Assembly: GCA_052327205.1 (NCBI GenBank)
Contig: JBMRGM010000035.1
Coordinates: 141,422,001 to 141,486,000 of the forward strand
Length of the DNA: 64,000 nt
DNA from: Somniosus microcephalus
Taxonomy: Eukaryota
Reading direction: 5' to 3'
The notes below the pieces were generated by a model, which saw nothing but the letters and a program-made list of their open reading frames with translations, did not search any database and was not told the DNA's origin. The translations under genes were made by a program, and so were the position numbers. Below are positions 1 through 10,737 of this stretch, one piece after another (the first letter of the stretch is position 1; the number at the start of each line of letters is the position of its first letter).

Positions 1-2000
1 CTCTACTCAATTCCGCTCTCATACCTTCATAGTCTCCTTTATTCAAGCTTAGCACGCTTGTTTGAGATCCAACCTTCTCACCCTCTAATTGAATATGGAA
101 TTCAACCATGTTATGGTCACTCATTCCAAGGGGATCCTTTACTAGGACATTTTTAATTAATCCTGTCTCGTTACACAGGACCAGATCTAAGGTTGCTTGC
201 CCCCTGGTCGGTTCAGTTACATACTGCTCAAGAAACCCATCCCTAATACACTCAATGAACTCATCCTCAAGGCAGCCCTGCCCAATTTGATTTGTCCAAT
301 TAATATGATAGTTAAAATCCCCCATAATTATAGATGTTCCCTTATTACAAGCCTCAACTATTTCCTGATTGATACTCCGTCCCACAGAGTTGCAACTGTT
401 CGGAGGCCTATAGACTACGCCCACTAGTGTTTTTTTCCCCTTATTATTCCTTACCTCCACCCAAACTGTTTCATTATCCTGATCTTTTGACCCAATATCA
501 TTTCTCTGTATTACAGTGATTCCTTCCTTTATTAACATAGCCACCCCAGCTCCCCTTCCTTCCTGCCTGTCCTTCCTGGTCGTTAAATAACCTGGTATGT
601 TTAATTCCCAGGCATTGTCACCCTGCAGCCATGTTTCTGTAATGGCCACAAGATCATACCCATATGTAGTTATTTGTGCCATTAACTCGTCTATTTTGTT
701 ACGAATGCTACGTGCATTCAGATAGAGAACTTTCAAATATGTTTTGTGACACTTAGTTCCAGCTTTTGCCCTTTTTATTACTTTACCTTTTACTCCATAC
801 CTTCTGCCCCTTCCTGACACGCTCTGGTTTTTAATTTCCCCACTGCTACCTAAGTCTATGACCTTCTCTGTTGTCATTTTTATTATTTGCTCTCTAGGAA
901 CCTCCCCCCCACTAGTTAGTTTAAAGCCGTCTCTACAGCCCTAGTTATATGATCCGCCAGGACTCTAGTCCCAGCACTGGCCAAGTGAAGCCCGTCCCAA
1001 TGGAACAGCTCCCTCCTGCCCCAGTACTGGTGCCAGTGTCCCAGGAAGCAAAACCCATTTCTCCCACACCAGTCTTTGAGCCACGCATTTAACTCTCTAA
1101 TTTTATTTGTCCTAGCCAAATTCGCTCGTGGCTCAGGTAGTAATCCAGAGATTATTACCCTTGTGGTTCTGCTTTTTAATTTGGCCCCTAGCTGCTCAAA
1201 CTCCCTCAGCAGAACCTCCTTCCTTGTCCTATCTATGTCGTTGGTACCAACATGGACCACGACAACTGGATCCTCCCCCTCCCACTCCAAGTTTCTCTCC
1301 AGTCCAGAGGAGATGTCCTTAACCCTGGCACCGGGCAGGCAACACAGCCTTCAGGACTCTCGCTCTCGGCTGCAAAGAACTCTATCTATCCCCCTAATGA
1401 TACTATCCCCTACCACTACAACATTTCTTTTAACTCCCCCCACTTGAATGGCCCCCCGCTCCACGGTGCTGTGGCCAGGTTGCTCATCCTCCCCGCAGTC
1501 CCTGTTCCCATCCCCACAGGGAGTAAGAGCCTCGAACCTGTTGGACAAGTGCAAGGGCTGCGGCTCCTCCAAAACTACCTCCTGGATCCCCGTACCTGCC
1601 TCACTTCTAGTCACACCATCCTGACCCTGGCCACGGACTACATCTGAATTAATTAATCTAATTGGTGTGAATACCTCGTGACACACAGAGTCCAGGTAAC
1701 TCTCCCCCTCCCTGATGTGTCTCAGTGTTTGAAGCTCGGACTCCAGCTCTTCAACACATGGCCGGAATTCCTCGAGCAGCCAACACTTACTGCAAATGTG
1801 ATCACCGTGAGCATCAATGGTGTCCACCAGCTCCCACATATTGCAGCAACAACACATCACCTGATCTCCCATTCTATGTAATTAATTAAATTTATTAATA
1901 TTATTCTTAAATACCCTCTGCCCTGATTCTAGATGGTGAATATCACACCTTAGAAACTATAAACCAAAGAGATTTAAGCTTAAAAAGGGAGAAATACTTA
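1..2000 (-). mobile_element. CR1-clade LINE, 5' portion (ORF1 plus start of ORF2 endonuclease), decayed
   Basis: ORF1 is split over 1351-1872 (Cys-rich zinc finger/leucine zipper: CCCCNMW..CSKC..LESELQTLR) and 916-1290 (SGNH esterase, VVVHVGTND...DGLHL). Both are in the same frame, separated by one TGA at 1351-1353. Degraded APE-endonuclease sequence continues leftward to the window start. Confidence 0.9.
916..1872 (-). pseudogene. CR1 ORF1p (zinc finger/leucine zipper + SGNH esterase) with one in-frame stop
   Basis: ORF-track segments 1351-1872 and 916-1290 share a frame; VVVGDSIIR and VHVGTND esterase motifs are present. Confidence 0.85.
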
Positions 2001-2022
2001 TTTGTTTTTTTTTGTTTCACAG

Positions 2023-2091
2023 CTAAAGCAAAGTGAGACTGAATTGCAGAAGGTAGAAGAAGCCATCGTGAACTTTGAGAAGATGATCTAG
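2023..2091 (+). CDS. VARS1: Terminal coding exon of valyl-tRNA synthetase 1 (LKQSETELQKVEEAIVNFEKMI*)
   Basis: Strong acceptor (T-tract...tttcacag, AG at 2021-2022), then 22 codons and TAG. The peptide matches my recollection of the vertebrate VARS1 C-terminus ([22 protein letters not shown]) in length and pattern. Confidence 0.8.
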   Translation, partial: LKQSETELQKVEEAIVNFEKMI

Positions 2092-2659
2092 ACTCGTTTA
2101 ATGGAAGGAGCCTCGTATGGAATTCTTCCGAGCTCCAAGCCCCTTCCTGCGACCATGACCGTACCAGAGATGATGTAGTTGTGTAAGGCTCCGGACGTGG
2201 TCATGGGGCTCGTGCTGAATTCTGATTTTGGGGTGGGGGGGGCGGTGTTCGTTGTGGGTCACATTCAGATTAAGTGCATCCGCTCGCCCTGCCCTGCTCA
2301 CGTACAAGTTCCCGCTCTTTCCCTAACCTGCAGACGTTTTATCGTCACATCCAGGGAAGGAGCGACCGGCCCTTCACACTCTCGGACTGGGATTTGCTGC
2401 TCCGGCGTTCCTGGCACCCGCCGCGATTTGGGAAATTCTGCACTCCCCGCGACTGTTACAGGCCGGGAAATTATGGGCTGAGGGTGCAGGCTTTTCCCAG
2501 ATGTGCGACTTCCCAGCATGGTCCCTGAAGCAGCAAATCCCAACCTCGCCCGGAGCACAGCTGGCAAGCACCCAGTTACATCCGGGAAATGCTGGAGCTG
2601 AACGGTCGGCCGGCCGGCCAGCGTCTGGAAGAGAGAAGGAACTGGGGGAGGAGGGTCCT

Positions 2660-3245
2660 TCCTGTCCCAACAGGGAGTAAGAACCTCAAACCTGTTCGTC
2701 AAGAGCAAGGGCTGCGGCTCCTCCAGCTCTACCTCCTGGATCCCCGTACCTGCCTCACTCGTAGTCAACCGTCCTGTCCCTAGCCACGGACTACATCTGA
2801 ATTACTTAACTTCATAGGTGTGACCACCTCCTGATACACAGAGTGCAGGTACTTCTTCCCCTCCCTGATGTGTCGCAGTGTCTGAAGCTCAGACTCCAGC
2901 TCATCAACACGGAGCTGGAGTTCCTGTAGCAGCAGACACTTGTCACAGACATAATCACTGTGAGCCTCAATGGGGTGCACTGGCTCCCACATCTCGCAAC
3001 AGTAGCACATCACCTGCTCCATTCTATGTAATTAATTAAATTTTTTATTGTTAGTTATGGACACCATCTGCCAGATTTTAGGTGCTAGTGTCCCCTTTAA
3101 TTAATTGGATTTATTAAATCAATCCCTCTAGTTACACCAGTTAAATGGTTAGCCAACAGTCACTCTGCACCTGAAAGGCCTTATTAACTACAACCCACAG
3201 AGTTAAAGTTTGAAAAGAGAACCTAACACCCCACTTTCCCTAACT
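2660..3245 (-). mobile_element. Second CR1 5' fragment (ORF1 N-terminus and proximal 5'UTR), truncated at its 3' side
   Basis: ORF 2780-3022 (MEQVMCYCCEMW...CDKC...LESELQTLR) is a close paralogue of 1351-1872. Confidence 0.85.
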
Positions 3246-4789
3246 CACATTTACCCAAACTCACAGCACTCTCTGCTGACCTCGCACTCAGTGCTTGCTC
3301 GCACTAGCAATGGTCTGTTTATACTGTTTGTTTGTTTACAGCCAAATGAGTCACCCCTGCTGATTGGTTAGAAAACTGGTTTTCACTGCCTGCTGTGCCA
3401 ATTTACTCCTACTGCAGTGTAACCTTGTTTTACTCTTCTTAAACCAACAGAATCCCAAATACTTAACTTTTCCCCTTTACTTAAACTGCTTAAGTAATCT
3501 TATCAAGAATGATTTAAAGAGAAATAACAATGAAAGAACTCTCACACTTACCCAAACTCACAGCACTCTCTGCTGACCTCGCACTCAGTGCTTGCTCGCA
3601 CTAGCAATGGTCTTTTTATACTGTTTGTTCGTTTACAGCCAAATGAGTCACCCCTGCTGATTGTTTACAAAACTGGTTTTCACTGCCTGCTGTGCCAATT
3701 TACTCCTATGGCAGTGTAACCTTGTTTTAATCTTCTTAAACCAACAGAATCCCAAATACTTAACTTTTCCCCTTTACTTAAACTGCTTAAGTAATCTTAC
3801 CAAGAATGATTTAAAGAGAAATAACAATTAAAGAACTCTCACACTTACCCAAACTCACAGCACTCTTTGCTGACCTCGCACTCTCTGCTGACCTCGCACT
3901 CAGTGCTTGCTCGCACTAGCAATTGTCTTTTTATACTGTTTGTTTGCATACAGCTAAATGAGTCACCCCTGCTGATTGGTTAGAAAACTGGTTTTCTCTG
4001 CCTGCTGTGCCAATTTACTCCTACTGCAGTTTAACCTTGTTTTACTCTTCTTAAACCAACAGAATCCCAAATACTTAACTTTTCCCCTTTACTTAAACTG
4101 CTTAAGTAATCTTATCAAGAATGACTTAAAGAGAAATAACAATGAAAGAACTCTCACACTTACCCAAACTCACAGCACTCTCTGCTGACCTCGCACTCAG
4201 TGCTTGCTCGCACTAGCAATGGTCTTTCTATACTGTTTGTTTGTTTACAGCCAAATGAGTCACCCCTGCTGATTGGTTAGAAAACTGGTTTTCACTGCCT
4301 GCTGTGCCAATTTACTCCTACTGCAGTGTAACCTTGTTTTACTCTTCTTAAACCAACAGAATCCCAAATACTTAACTTTTCCCCTTTACTTAAACTGCTT
4401 AAGTAATCTTATCAAGAATGATTTAAAGAGAAATAACAATGAAAGCACTCTCACACTTACCCAAACTCACAGCACTCTCTGCTGACCTCGCACTCAGTGC
4501 TTGCTCGCACTAGCAATGGTCTTTTTATACTGTTTGTTTGTTTACAGCCAAATGAGTCACCCCTGCTGATTGGTTAGAAAACTGGTTTTCACTGCCTGCT
4601 GTGCCAATCTACTCCTACTGCAGTGTAACCTTGTTTTACTCTTCTTAAACCAACAGAATCCCAAATACTTAACTTTTCCCCTTTACTTAAACTGCTTAAG
4701 TAATCTTATCAAGAATGATTTAAAGAGAAATAACAATTAAAGAACTCTCACTCTTACCCAAACTCACAGCACTCTCTGCTGACCTCGCA
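3246..4789 (-). repeat. Tandem array of about 5.2 x 297-bp units directly upstream of CR1 ORF1 (probable 5'UTR promoter monomers)
   Basis: Marker ttacccaaac recurs at 3251, 3548, 3845, 4160 (unit with an 18-bp internal duplication), 4457 and 4754. On the minus strand most units read CCAAT - TGACTCA - TATAAAA - GGGTAAGT. Confidence 0.9.
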
Positions 4790-4955
4790 AGAAGGAGATA
4801 GATAGATTTCTGGACACAAAAGGCATCAAGGGGTATAGGGAGAGAGCTGGAATATGGTATTGAAATAGAGGATTAGCCATGATCATATTCAATGGCGGAG
4901 CAGGCTCGAAGGGATGAATGACCGACTCCTGCTCCCATTTTTCTATTTTTCTATG
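4790..4955 (+). mobile_element. CR1 LINE 3' end fragment
   Basis: gatagatttctggacacaaaaggcatcaagggg...ggcggagcaggctcgaaggg is the CR1 3' end seen in other copies in this window. Confidence 0.75.
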
Positions 4956-6822
4956 TATCAGTGGAGCCATGTAGTGCTCAAGAGGGAACCAGATGCCTAT
5001 TGGGAAGAGCAAAATCGGGTGTTGTACAAGATTTGAGCAACTTTGGGACAGCGGCAGAATGAGCGTAATAGTCCTTTATAGCTCCTGCACATTGTCAATG
5101 TCTTACAATTGAAATTCAGTGAAATCTCCCACTAACATAATTTCTCCTCGGGGGTGGGGGCGGGGGGCAACAGGGGGGCTGCCAGTTGCTCCTTTCAGTA
5201 CAGCTTGCCACCAAATCCATTCTGGTGGCTTTTTCTCGTCTGCAATCAACCGGTTTGAGGTTTTGATCACCCTTATCTTTGTGTGAGGACATCCAATAGA
5301 TGTAGCAGCAGATTGATATTTACACATTCGATGTAGGCGAGCATTCAGCTGGCTCTCATTCCACCGATTGGCTTGGTTTGTGTATTTTAGGTTTTCCTCA
5401 GGGACTACGATTACAGCTGATGAATCTACCCTTTCATAACAACTACAGGAACTGTTGGGAGGGCTTTAATGGACATCAACACTTCTAAACATGTTCTCAT
5501 TATACATAATCTTCCGCCAGAGCTATTTTCATCGCTATCAGGTTTCCTCTCAAATCACTTTACCTGTGCCATTGTTGGCATTTCATTCTTTTTTCCCAGG
5601 AAGTCAGGTTTCCCAGGGTTCTGTCCTCTATGACTAGATTACTGAAGGTTTTCTAGACCCATCAGTAAGAAGGATTCTCTGAAACTCATGTTACACGAAG
5701 GGCTCATATATAACTCATAACATCCTGGAGTAAAAACTACACTTTGAATCCCTTCAATCAGGATTCTGCCCTACCCATCACCAAAACAGCCATTAACAAA
5801 GTCGTGAAAGATTCTCTCAGACTGTCTCAGATCATTCTTGTGTTTAAATCTCTCCTTGGCCTCTTCTCTATCCCAACTCTACAACAACCCTCCAGACTCA
5901 CTGTTCCTCTAAACCTGTCCACTTCTGTATGCCTCACCTCCCCTCACCCCATCATTGATGGTCGTGTCTTAAAGCACATCAGCCCAACAATCTGGAATTC
6001 CCTCCCCAACTCCTCCACCACTCGCTCCTCATTTAAGACCCTCTTTAAAACCCGGCTCTTCATCCCTCCTAATATCTCGTTCTTTCGCTCCCCATCTATT
6101 CCCCAGCCCCCCTATTCTTCCGTTATTTTCGATAATATAAGGATTGCTGAATTCAACCTCCAGAATAAGCAAAGGGAGATTTAATGAAGGAGGGAGGCTG
6201 CTTTGCTACAATACAACATTGACGACACTTCATTGGCTGTACTACGCTTTGGGGTGTGCTGAGGTCGTGAAAGGTGCTATATAAATGCAAGTCTTTCTTT
6301 CTCTGATTCTCTGCATTCTGCAATACGATTATAAACAAACAGATCGGCCCCAATGGCTTAGTGATTTACCAAACTTGCATTTAGATTAATTGGGGTCAAA
6401 TTACTTCGATACTAAAGCAGGAATTGCGCCAAATAAAACTGAGCATTCATCTAATTTCAGAATAACTTTCTGCAGAAAATACAATCAGATTTATTTGCTA
6501 CATTACAACAGTGACTACACTTCAAAAGTACTTTATTGGCTGTAAAGCACTTTGGGACGTCCTGAGGTCGTGAAAAACGCTATAGAAATGCAAGGGGAGA
6601 TTTAATAGAGGTGTTCAAAATCATGATGGGTTTTGATAAAAGTAAATAAGGAGAAACTGTTTCCAGTGGCAGGCAACCAGAGGACACAGATTTAAGGTAA
6701 TTGGCAAAAGAACCAAGGTGAGCTGATAATTGTTTTTTTTTACACAGTGAGTTGTGATCTGGAATACACTGCCTGAAAGGGTGATGGAAGCAGCTTCAAC
6801 AATCTATATAAATGCAAATACA

Positions 6823-7069
6823 AAATCAAAATACTGCGGATGCTGGAAATCTGAAATAGAAACAGAAAATGCTGGAAACACTCAGCAGCATCTGTGGAGA
6901 AAGAGAGAGAGAGAGAGAAACAGAGTTAACGTTTCAGGTCGGTGACCTTTTGTCAGAAGTGAGTTCTTTCATGAGTTCTGATGAAAGGACATCGACCTGA
7001 AATGTTAACTCTGTTTCTCTCTCTCTCCATAGATGCTGCCTGAGTATGTCCAGCATTTTCTGTTTCTAT
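6823..7069. mobile_element. Palindromic Penelope-derived non-autonomous element (two inverted pLTR arms, each with a hammerhead-like motif)
   Basis: Arm 6856-6958 is an imperfect reverse complement of arm 6976-7069. The same sequence forms the ends of Penelope copies at 37370-37509 and 49805-49915. Confidence 0.7.
6972..7012 (+). ncRNA. Minimal hammerhead-ribozyme-like motif of a Penelope pLTR
   Basis: CTGATGA (6978) - agga/tc...gacct stem II - GAAA - palindromic GTTAAC. This is the minimal HHR layout known from Penelope-like elements; this copy has mismatches. Confidence 0.5.
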
Positions 7070-7084
7070 ATAAATAAGAAAGAA

Positions 7085-7875
7085 AGACTTGCATTTCTAT
7101 AAATAACAACAGAAAATGCTGGAAAAACTCAGCAGGCCAAGCAACATCCAGGCCAGGCAACATCTGTGGAGAGAAAATAGAGTCAACGTTTCGGGTCAAA
7201 TGCTTTGTCAAGACTGGAGAAGCACAGGAAATGAAATAGATTAAAAGGCCAGGCTGTGAGAGAACAAAAGAGAAGTGAAGAGGCATTAAGAGGTATTCTA
7301 AACGGGACGAGATGGTGATAGGACTGGTGGAGACAAAAGACGGCTCTAGATTAGGCGTGAAATGTGCTGGCAGAATGGGAGACAGCTGCCATGTGGGAGA
7401 GAAAAAAGGGGGGTGGGCCAAAACAAAGGTGTGGATAAAAAATATAAGTAAAAAATGCAATAGGGGCCGAGGTTTTGATCTGAAATTGTTGAACTCGATA
7501 TTGAGTCTGGAAGACTGTGAAGTGCCTAACTGGAAGATGAGGTGCTGTTCCTCGAGCTTATGCTGAGCTTCCGTGGAACAGTGCAAGAGCCCAAGTACGG
7601 TGAGGCTTGAGTGGGAATGTGGCGGTGAATTAAAATGACACGCGACCGGAAGCTCGGGGTCATCCTTATGGACTGAACGAAGTTGTTCCGCAAAGCGGTC
7701 ACCCAACCTGCGTTTGGTCTCCCCAATGTAGAGGAGACCACATCTTGAGCAGCGAATGCAGTATACTAGATTGCAAGAAGTACAAGTAAATCGCTGTTTC
7801 ACCTGGAAGGGGTATTTGGGGCCCTGGACAGTGGGAAGGGGGGAGGTATAAGGGCAGGTGTTGCAGCTCCTGCGA
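7085..7875 (-). mobile_element. Penelope-like element 3' part with GIY-YIG endonuclease domain
   Basis: ORF 7005-7802 begins FTCTSCNLVYCIRCSRCGLLYIGETKRRLGDRFAE..H..PVACHFN...LNIEF. Confidence 0.9.
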
Positions 7876-8060
7876 TTGCATTTCTATAGCGCCTTTCACG
7901 GCCACCGGACGTCTCAAAGCACTTTACAAAGTCAATGAAGTACTTTTTGGTGTGTAGTCACTGTTGTAATGTAGGAAAGGAGGCAGCCAATCTGCACACA
8001 GCAAGCTCCCACAAACAACAATGTGATAATGAACAGATCATCTATTTTCATGATGTTGAT
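7876..8060 (-). mobile_element. Deu-domain tRNA SINE (SacSINE1-like), 3' part
   Basis: Reverse complement of the attgttgtttgtgggagcttgctgtg...aaaggcgctatagaaatgcaa tail shared by all SINE copies in the window. Confidence 0.75.
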
Positions 8061-8094
8061 TATTCCATATAAATGCGAGGCTTTCTTTGTAACA

Positions 8095-8180
8095 GAGAGG
8101 GGGGGCGGGGCTTCCTGGGCGGGGGGCGTGGCCGAGCGGCGGGTTGACTCGACCTCGTCCGCCTTCTGCCCTTATAAACA
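8095..8180 (+). promoter_or_regulatory. H1 gene promoter: GC boxes and TATA box in a CpG-rich island
   Basis: GGGGCGGGG near 8102 and GGGCGG near 8117; TATAAA at 8173-8178, about 65 nt before the ATG. Confidence 0.7.
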
Positions 8181-8240
8181 AAGTCGCCGCCGCAGCTCCG
8201 CCACAGGTTTGCGCGACGTCTGTCAGCGCGGACTTGCCCG

Positions 8241-8810
8241 ATGGCCAAGACCATCCCTGTTAAAGCAGATGTCCCCGCACCCACTCCTCCCGATGCCGCC
8301 ACCAAGAAGAAGGCCGCCTACCGGCCGCAGAAAGAAAGCAGCGCCGCCGCGGTGGCCGAGCAGATCCTGGAGGCGGTGGCCGCCACCAAGGAGCGTCAGG
8401 CGGCCCCCAAGCTGGGCGCCCTGAAGAAAACCATCTCGGCCTCCGGCTACGAGCTGGAGAAAGGCGCCGCCATCCGGCCCAACCAGTCGGCCAGCACCTT
8501 GGCCAACAAGGGCTCGCCGGTGGAGAGCGGCGCCGGCACTTCCTCGGCCTCCCTGCACCCAGACCGAGAGGAGGAGGAGGGCGAGGAAGGAGAGGCTGAG
8601 GACGGGTCCGAAGGAGGCACCAAGAGGAAACCGGCCGCCAAGAAACCGGCCCGCAAGAGGGCAGCAGCTGCCAAACCTGCTGCCCACAAACGCGCCAAGA
8701 AGTCGGCGGCGGCCAAGGGCCCCCGGAAGGCCAAGCCCAGAGAAGCCCCCAAGCGGCCCTCAGCCTCCCGGACTGTGGGGCGTAAGCGACGGGCCCCGAA
8801 GACGAGGTAG
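8241..8810 (+). CDS. Divergent intronless linker histone H1-like protein (189 aa) with an acidic insertion
   Basis: AEQILEAVAATKER..LGALKKTISASGYELEK aligns with the H1 globular domain ([35 protein letters not shown]). K/A/P/R-rich tails, intact GC-rich ORF, histone stem-loop downstream. Confidence 0.9.
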   Translation: MAKTIPVKADVPAPTPPDAATKKKAAYRPQKESSAAAVAEQILEAVAATKERQAAPKLGALKKTISASGYELEKGAAIRPNQSASTLANKGSPVESGAGTSSASLHPDREEEEGEEGEAEDGSEGGTKRKPAAKKPARKRAAAAKPAAHKRAKKSAAAKGPRKAKPREAPKRPSASRTVGRKRRAPKTR

Positions 8811-8850
8811 ACGGGGCAGGAGCGGCGAACCGGCTCAACACTAAATAAAA

Positions 8851-8890
8851 GGCTCTTTTCAGAGCCACTCACACATTCACAAAATGAGCT
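8851..8890 (+). terminator. Replication-dependent histone mRNA 3' stem-loop plus U7 downstream element
   Basis: AAAA-GGCTCTTTTCAGAGCC-ACTCA with the 16-nt hairpin at 8851-8866 (canonical); purine-rich AAAATGAGCT at 8881-8890. Confidence 0.92.
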
Positions 8891-8989
8891 AAATACATTG
8901 ATTGATCTCCAATTTCCCCCTCCTCCATTCTCACCTGCACGGGATCACATTTTTGTCGACTGGGTCTAGTTATTCAGAATGATACAGCA

Positions 8990-9430
8990 CTAAGAATGAA
9001 GAGGCTATGTAGGCCATCGTGCCTGTGCCAGCTCTTTGAATGAGCTGTCCAATTAGTCCCTTTCCCCCGTCAAGCATTTATCCAATTCCCTTTTGAAAAT
9101 GACTGATTCTGCTTCAACCATCATTTCAGGCAGCACATTCCAGATCGTCATAACTTCAGTGTAAAAAGAAATCTCCCCCTCTGGTTCTTTTGCCAATTAC
9201 CTTAAATCTGTGTCCTCTGGTTACCTGCCAGTGGAAACTGTTTCTCCTTATTTTACCAAAACCCATCATGATTTTGAACACCTCTTAAATTGCTCCTTAA
9301 CCTGCTCTGAGAACAATCCCAGCTTCTCCAGTCCCTCATCCCTGGTATCATTCTAGTCCCTTCTGCACCCTCTCCAAGGTCTTGACATCCTTCCTAGTGT
9401 GGTGCCCAGAGTTGGACACAGTACTTGATG
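8990..9430 (-). mobile_element. Degraded CR1 3' fragment
   Basis: Resembles the reverse complement of the CR1 RT end and 3'UTR seen elsewhere in the window. Confidence 0.6.
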
Positions 9431-9557
9431 AACCTGTACCAATCTCACTTCTATGCGGGACGTGTTGTTTCTGGTTTTACTTGCAAACAAAGTTCATAAT
9501 TATGTCTATTTTTCTTTAACCAAAAAATTAAAATAATGGTCTTTGATTATCTTTACC

Positions 9558-9925
9558 CAGAATCCATTTGGTTAGAGTTCAGGAGCAAAAAGCATATGAT
9601 CACGCTATTGGGGGTATTCTATAGGCCTCCAAATAGTCAGAGGGGGGTAGAGGAGCAAATCTGCAGGGAAATCGCAGAGATATGCAAGAGCTTTAGAGTG
9701 GTGATACTGGGGGACTTTAATTACCCAAATATCGATTGGGATAATGCTCGGGTAAAGGGAAAGGAGGGGGAGGAATTTCTGAAATGTGTTCAGGAGAATT
9801 TCCTTGACCAATATGTTCTTGGCCCAACTAGGAAGGAGGCATTGCTGGATCTGGTGCTGGGGAATGAGGTGGGCCAGGTCGACCAAGTGTCTGTGGGAGA
9901 ACACTTGGGGACAAGTGATCATCGT
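9558..9925 (+). mobile_element. CR1 ORF2 endonuclease fragment, cut by the ERV LTR
   Basis: GVFYRPP..GDFNYPNIDW..PTRKEALLDLVL..LGTSDH APE motifs; ends at the LTR boundary. Confidence 0.85.
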
Positions 9926-10418
9926 TGTAAGGGTAAAATGGGAGAGCTTCTTCTCCCCGAGCCGGACCCTCTGATATAAAGGGTCGACGTCCGCCTTATT
10001 CCCAATCAATCACTCGGAGTCTGGAGGTTCGTTCAGTAAAGCAACTTTATTTACAAGCCGGCAGGGAAGACACTCATCCTGGGATGAATGCTCTCCGATC
10101 GTTGAAAATCTCCTGCCTTATATATAGGTTTGTTCTGAGTCGTGGCTACTGTTTGCAATTAGGTGCATTACACATATACATTTCTTTCATCATACAGTTG
10201 GCTTCGGGTGCAAATTCTTGTGACCTGTGTGCATTGGTCTTGTGACCCCATACGTTATCTCTCAATACATTCCTCAGTTAGTGATTCACGGTTTGTGCAC
10301 TTTGGCCACGACTACAGAAGACTTTCCTTCTGGACATTGTTCATACCAATTCCTTATATGGTTGGATATATACGCTGTTCCTTAATCCCCTCATCTTAGC
10401 TCTTTTTTAACCCTTTCA
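9926..10418 (-). repeat. 3' LTR of the ERV-like element (493 bp)
   Basis: Minus strand starts TGAAAGGGTTAAAA right after the PPT and ends TTTTACCCTTACA (imperfect inverted termini). TATATAA near 10118-10125 and AATAAA at 10046-10051, both on the minus strand. Confidence 0.85.
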
Positions 10419-10737
10419 GTCCCCTCTTTTGGTCCTGATTAATCCCTTTTAATCATTGACCAACCCGATTATTTCTCCTATTATGGTGACCTGCCGGGGT
10501 GGTGATCAAATCCAACCCATTGGGTCACCTTGTTTATATAATGATATTATCCTGATTTCTATGCCCCCTACATCCTTTCCATCGACATATTATCCACCCA
10601 AATACATAGGTTATAAGCATTAATGTTATTAGTACTATACATCCATTAAGCAGGTCTTTCTCCCAAGCCTACGCTCATTTGTAGTAATAGTCCGTCTGCT
10701 CGATGGGAATCTGCCCAGGAGGTTTCTGTAACAATTA

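Noticed and set aside
3364-4485. Three near-identical 70-aa ORFs (MVRKLVF...)
   Set aside because: They start at TTG inside the 297-bp repeat unit and have no coding signature.
8223-8872. Antisense ORFs overlapping the H1 gene
   Set aside because: They are shadow frames of a GC-rich CDS; the promoter and stem-loop support only the + strand H1 frame.
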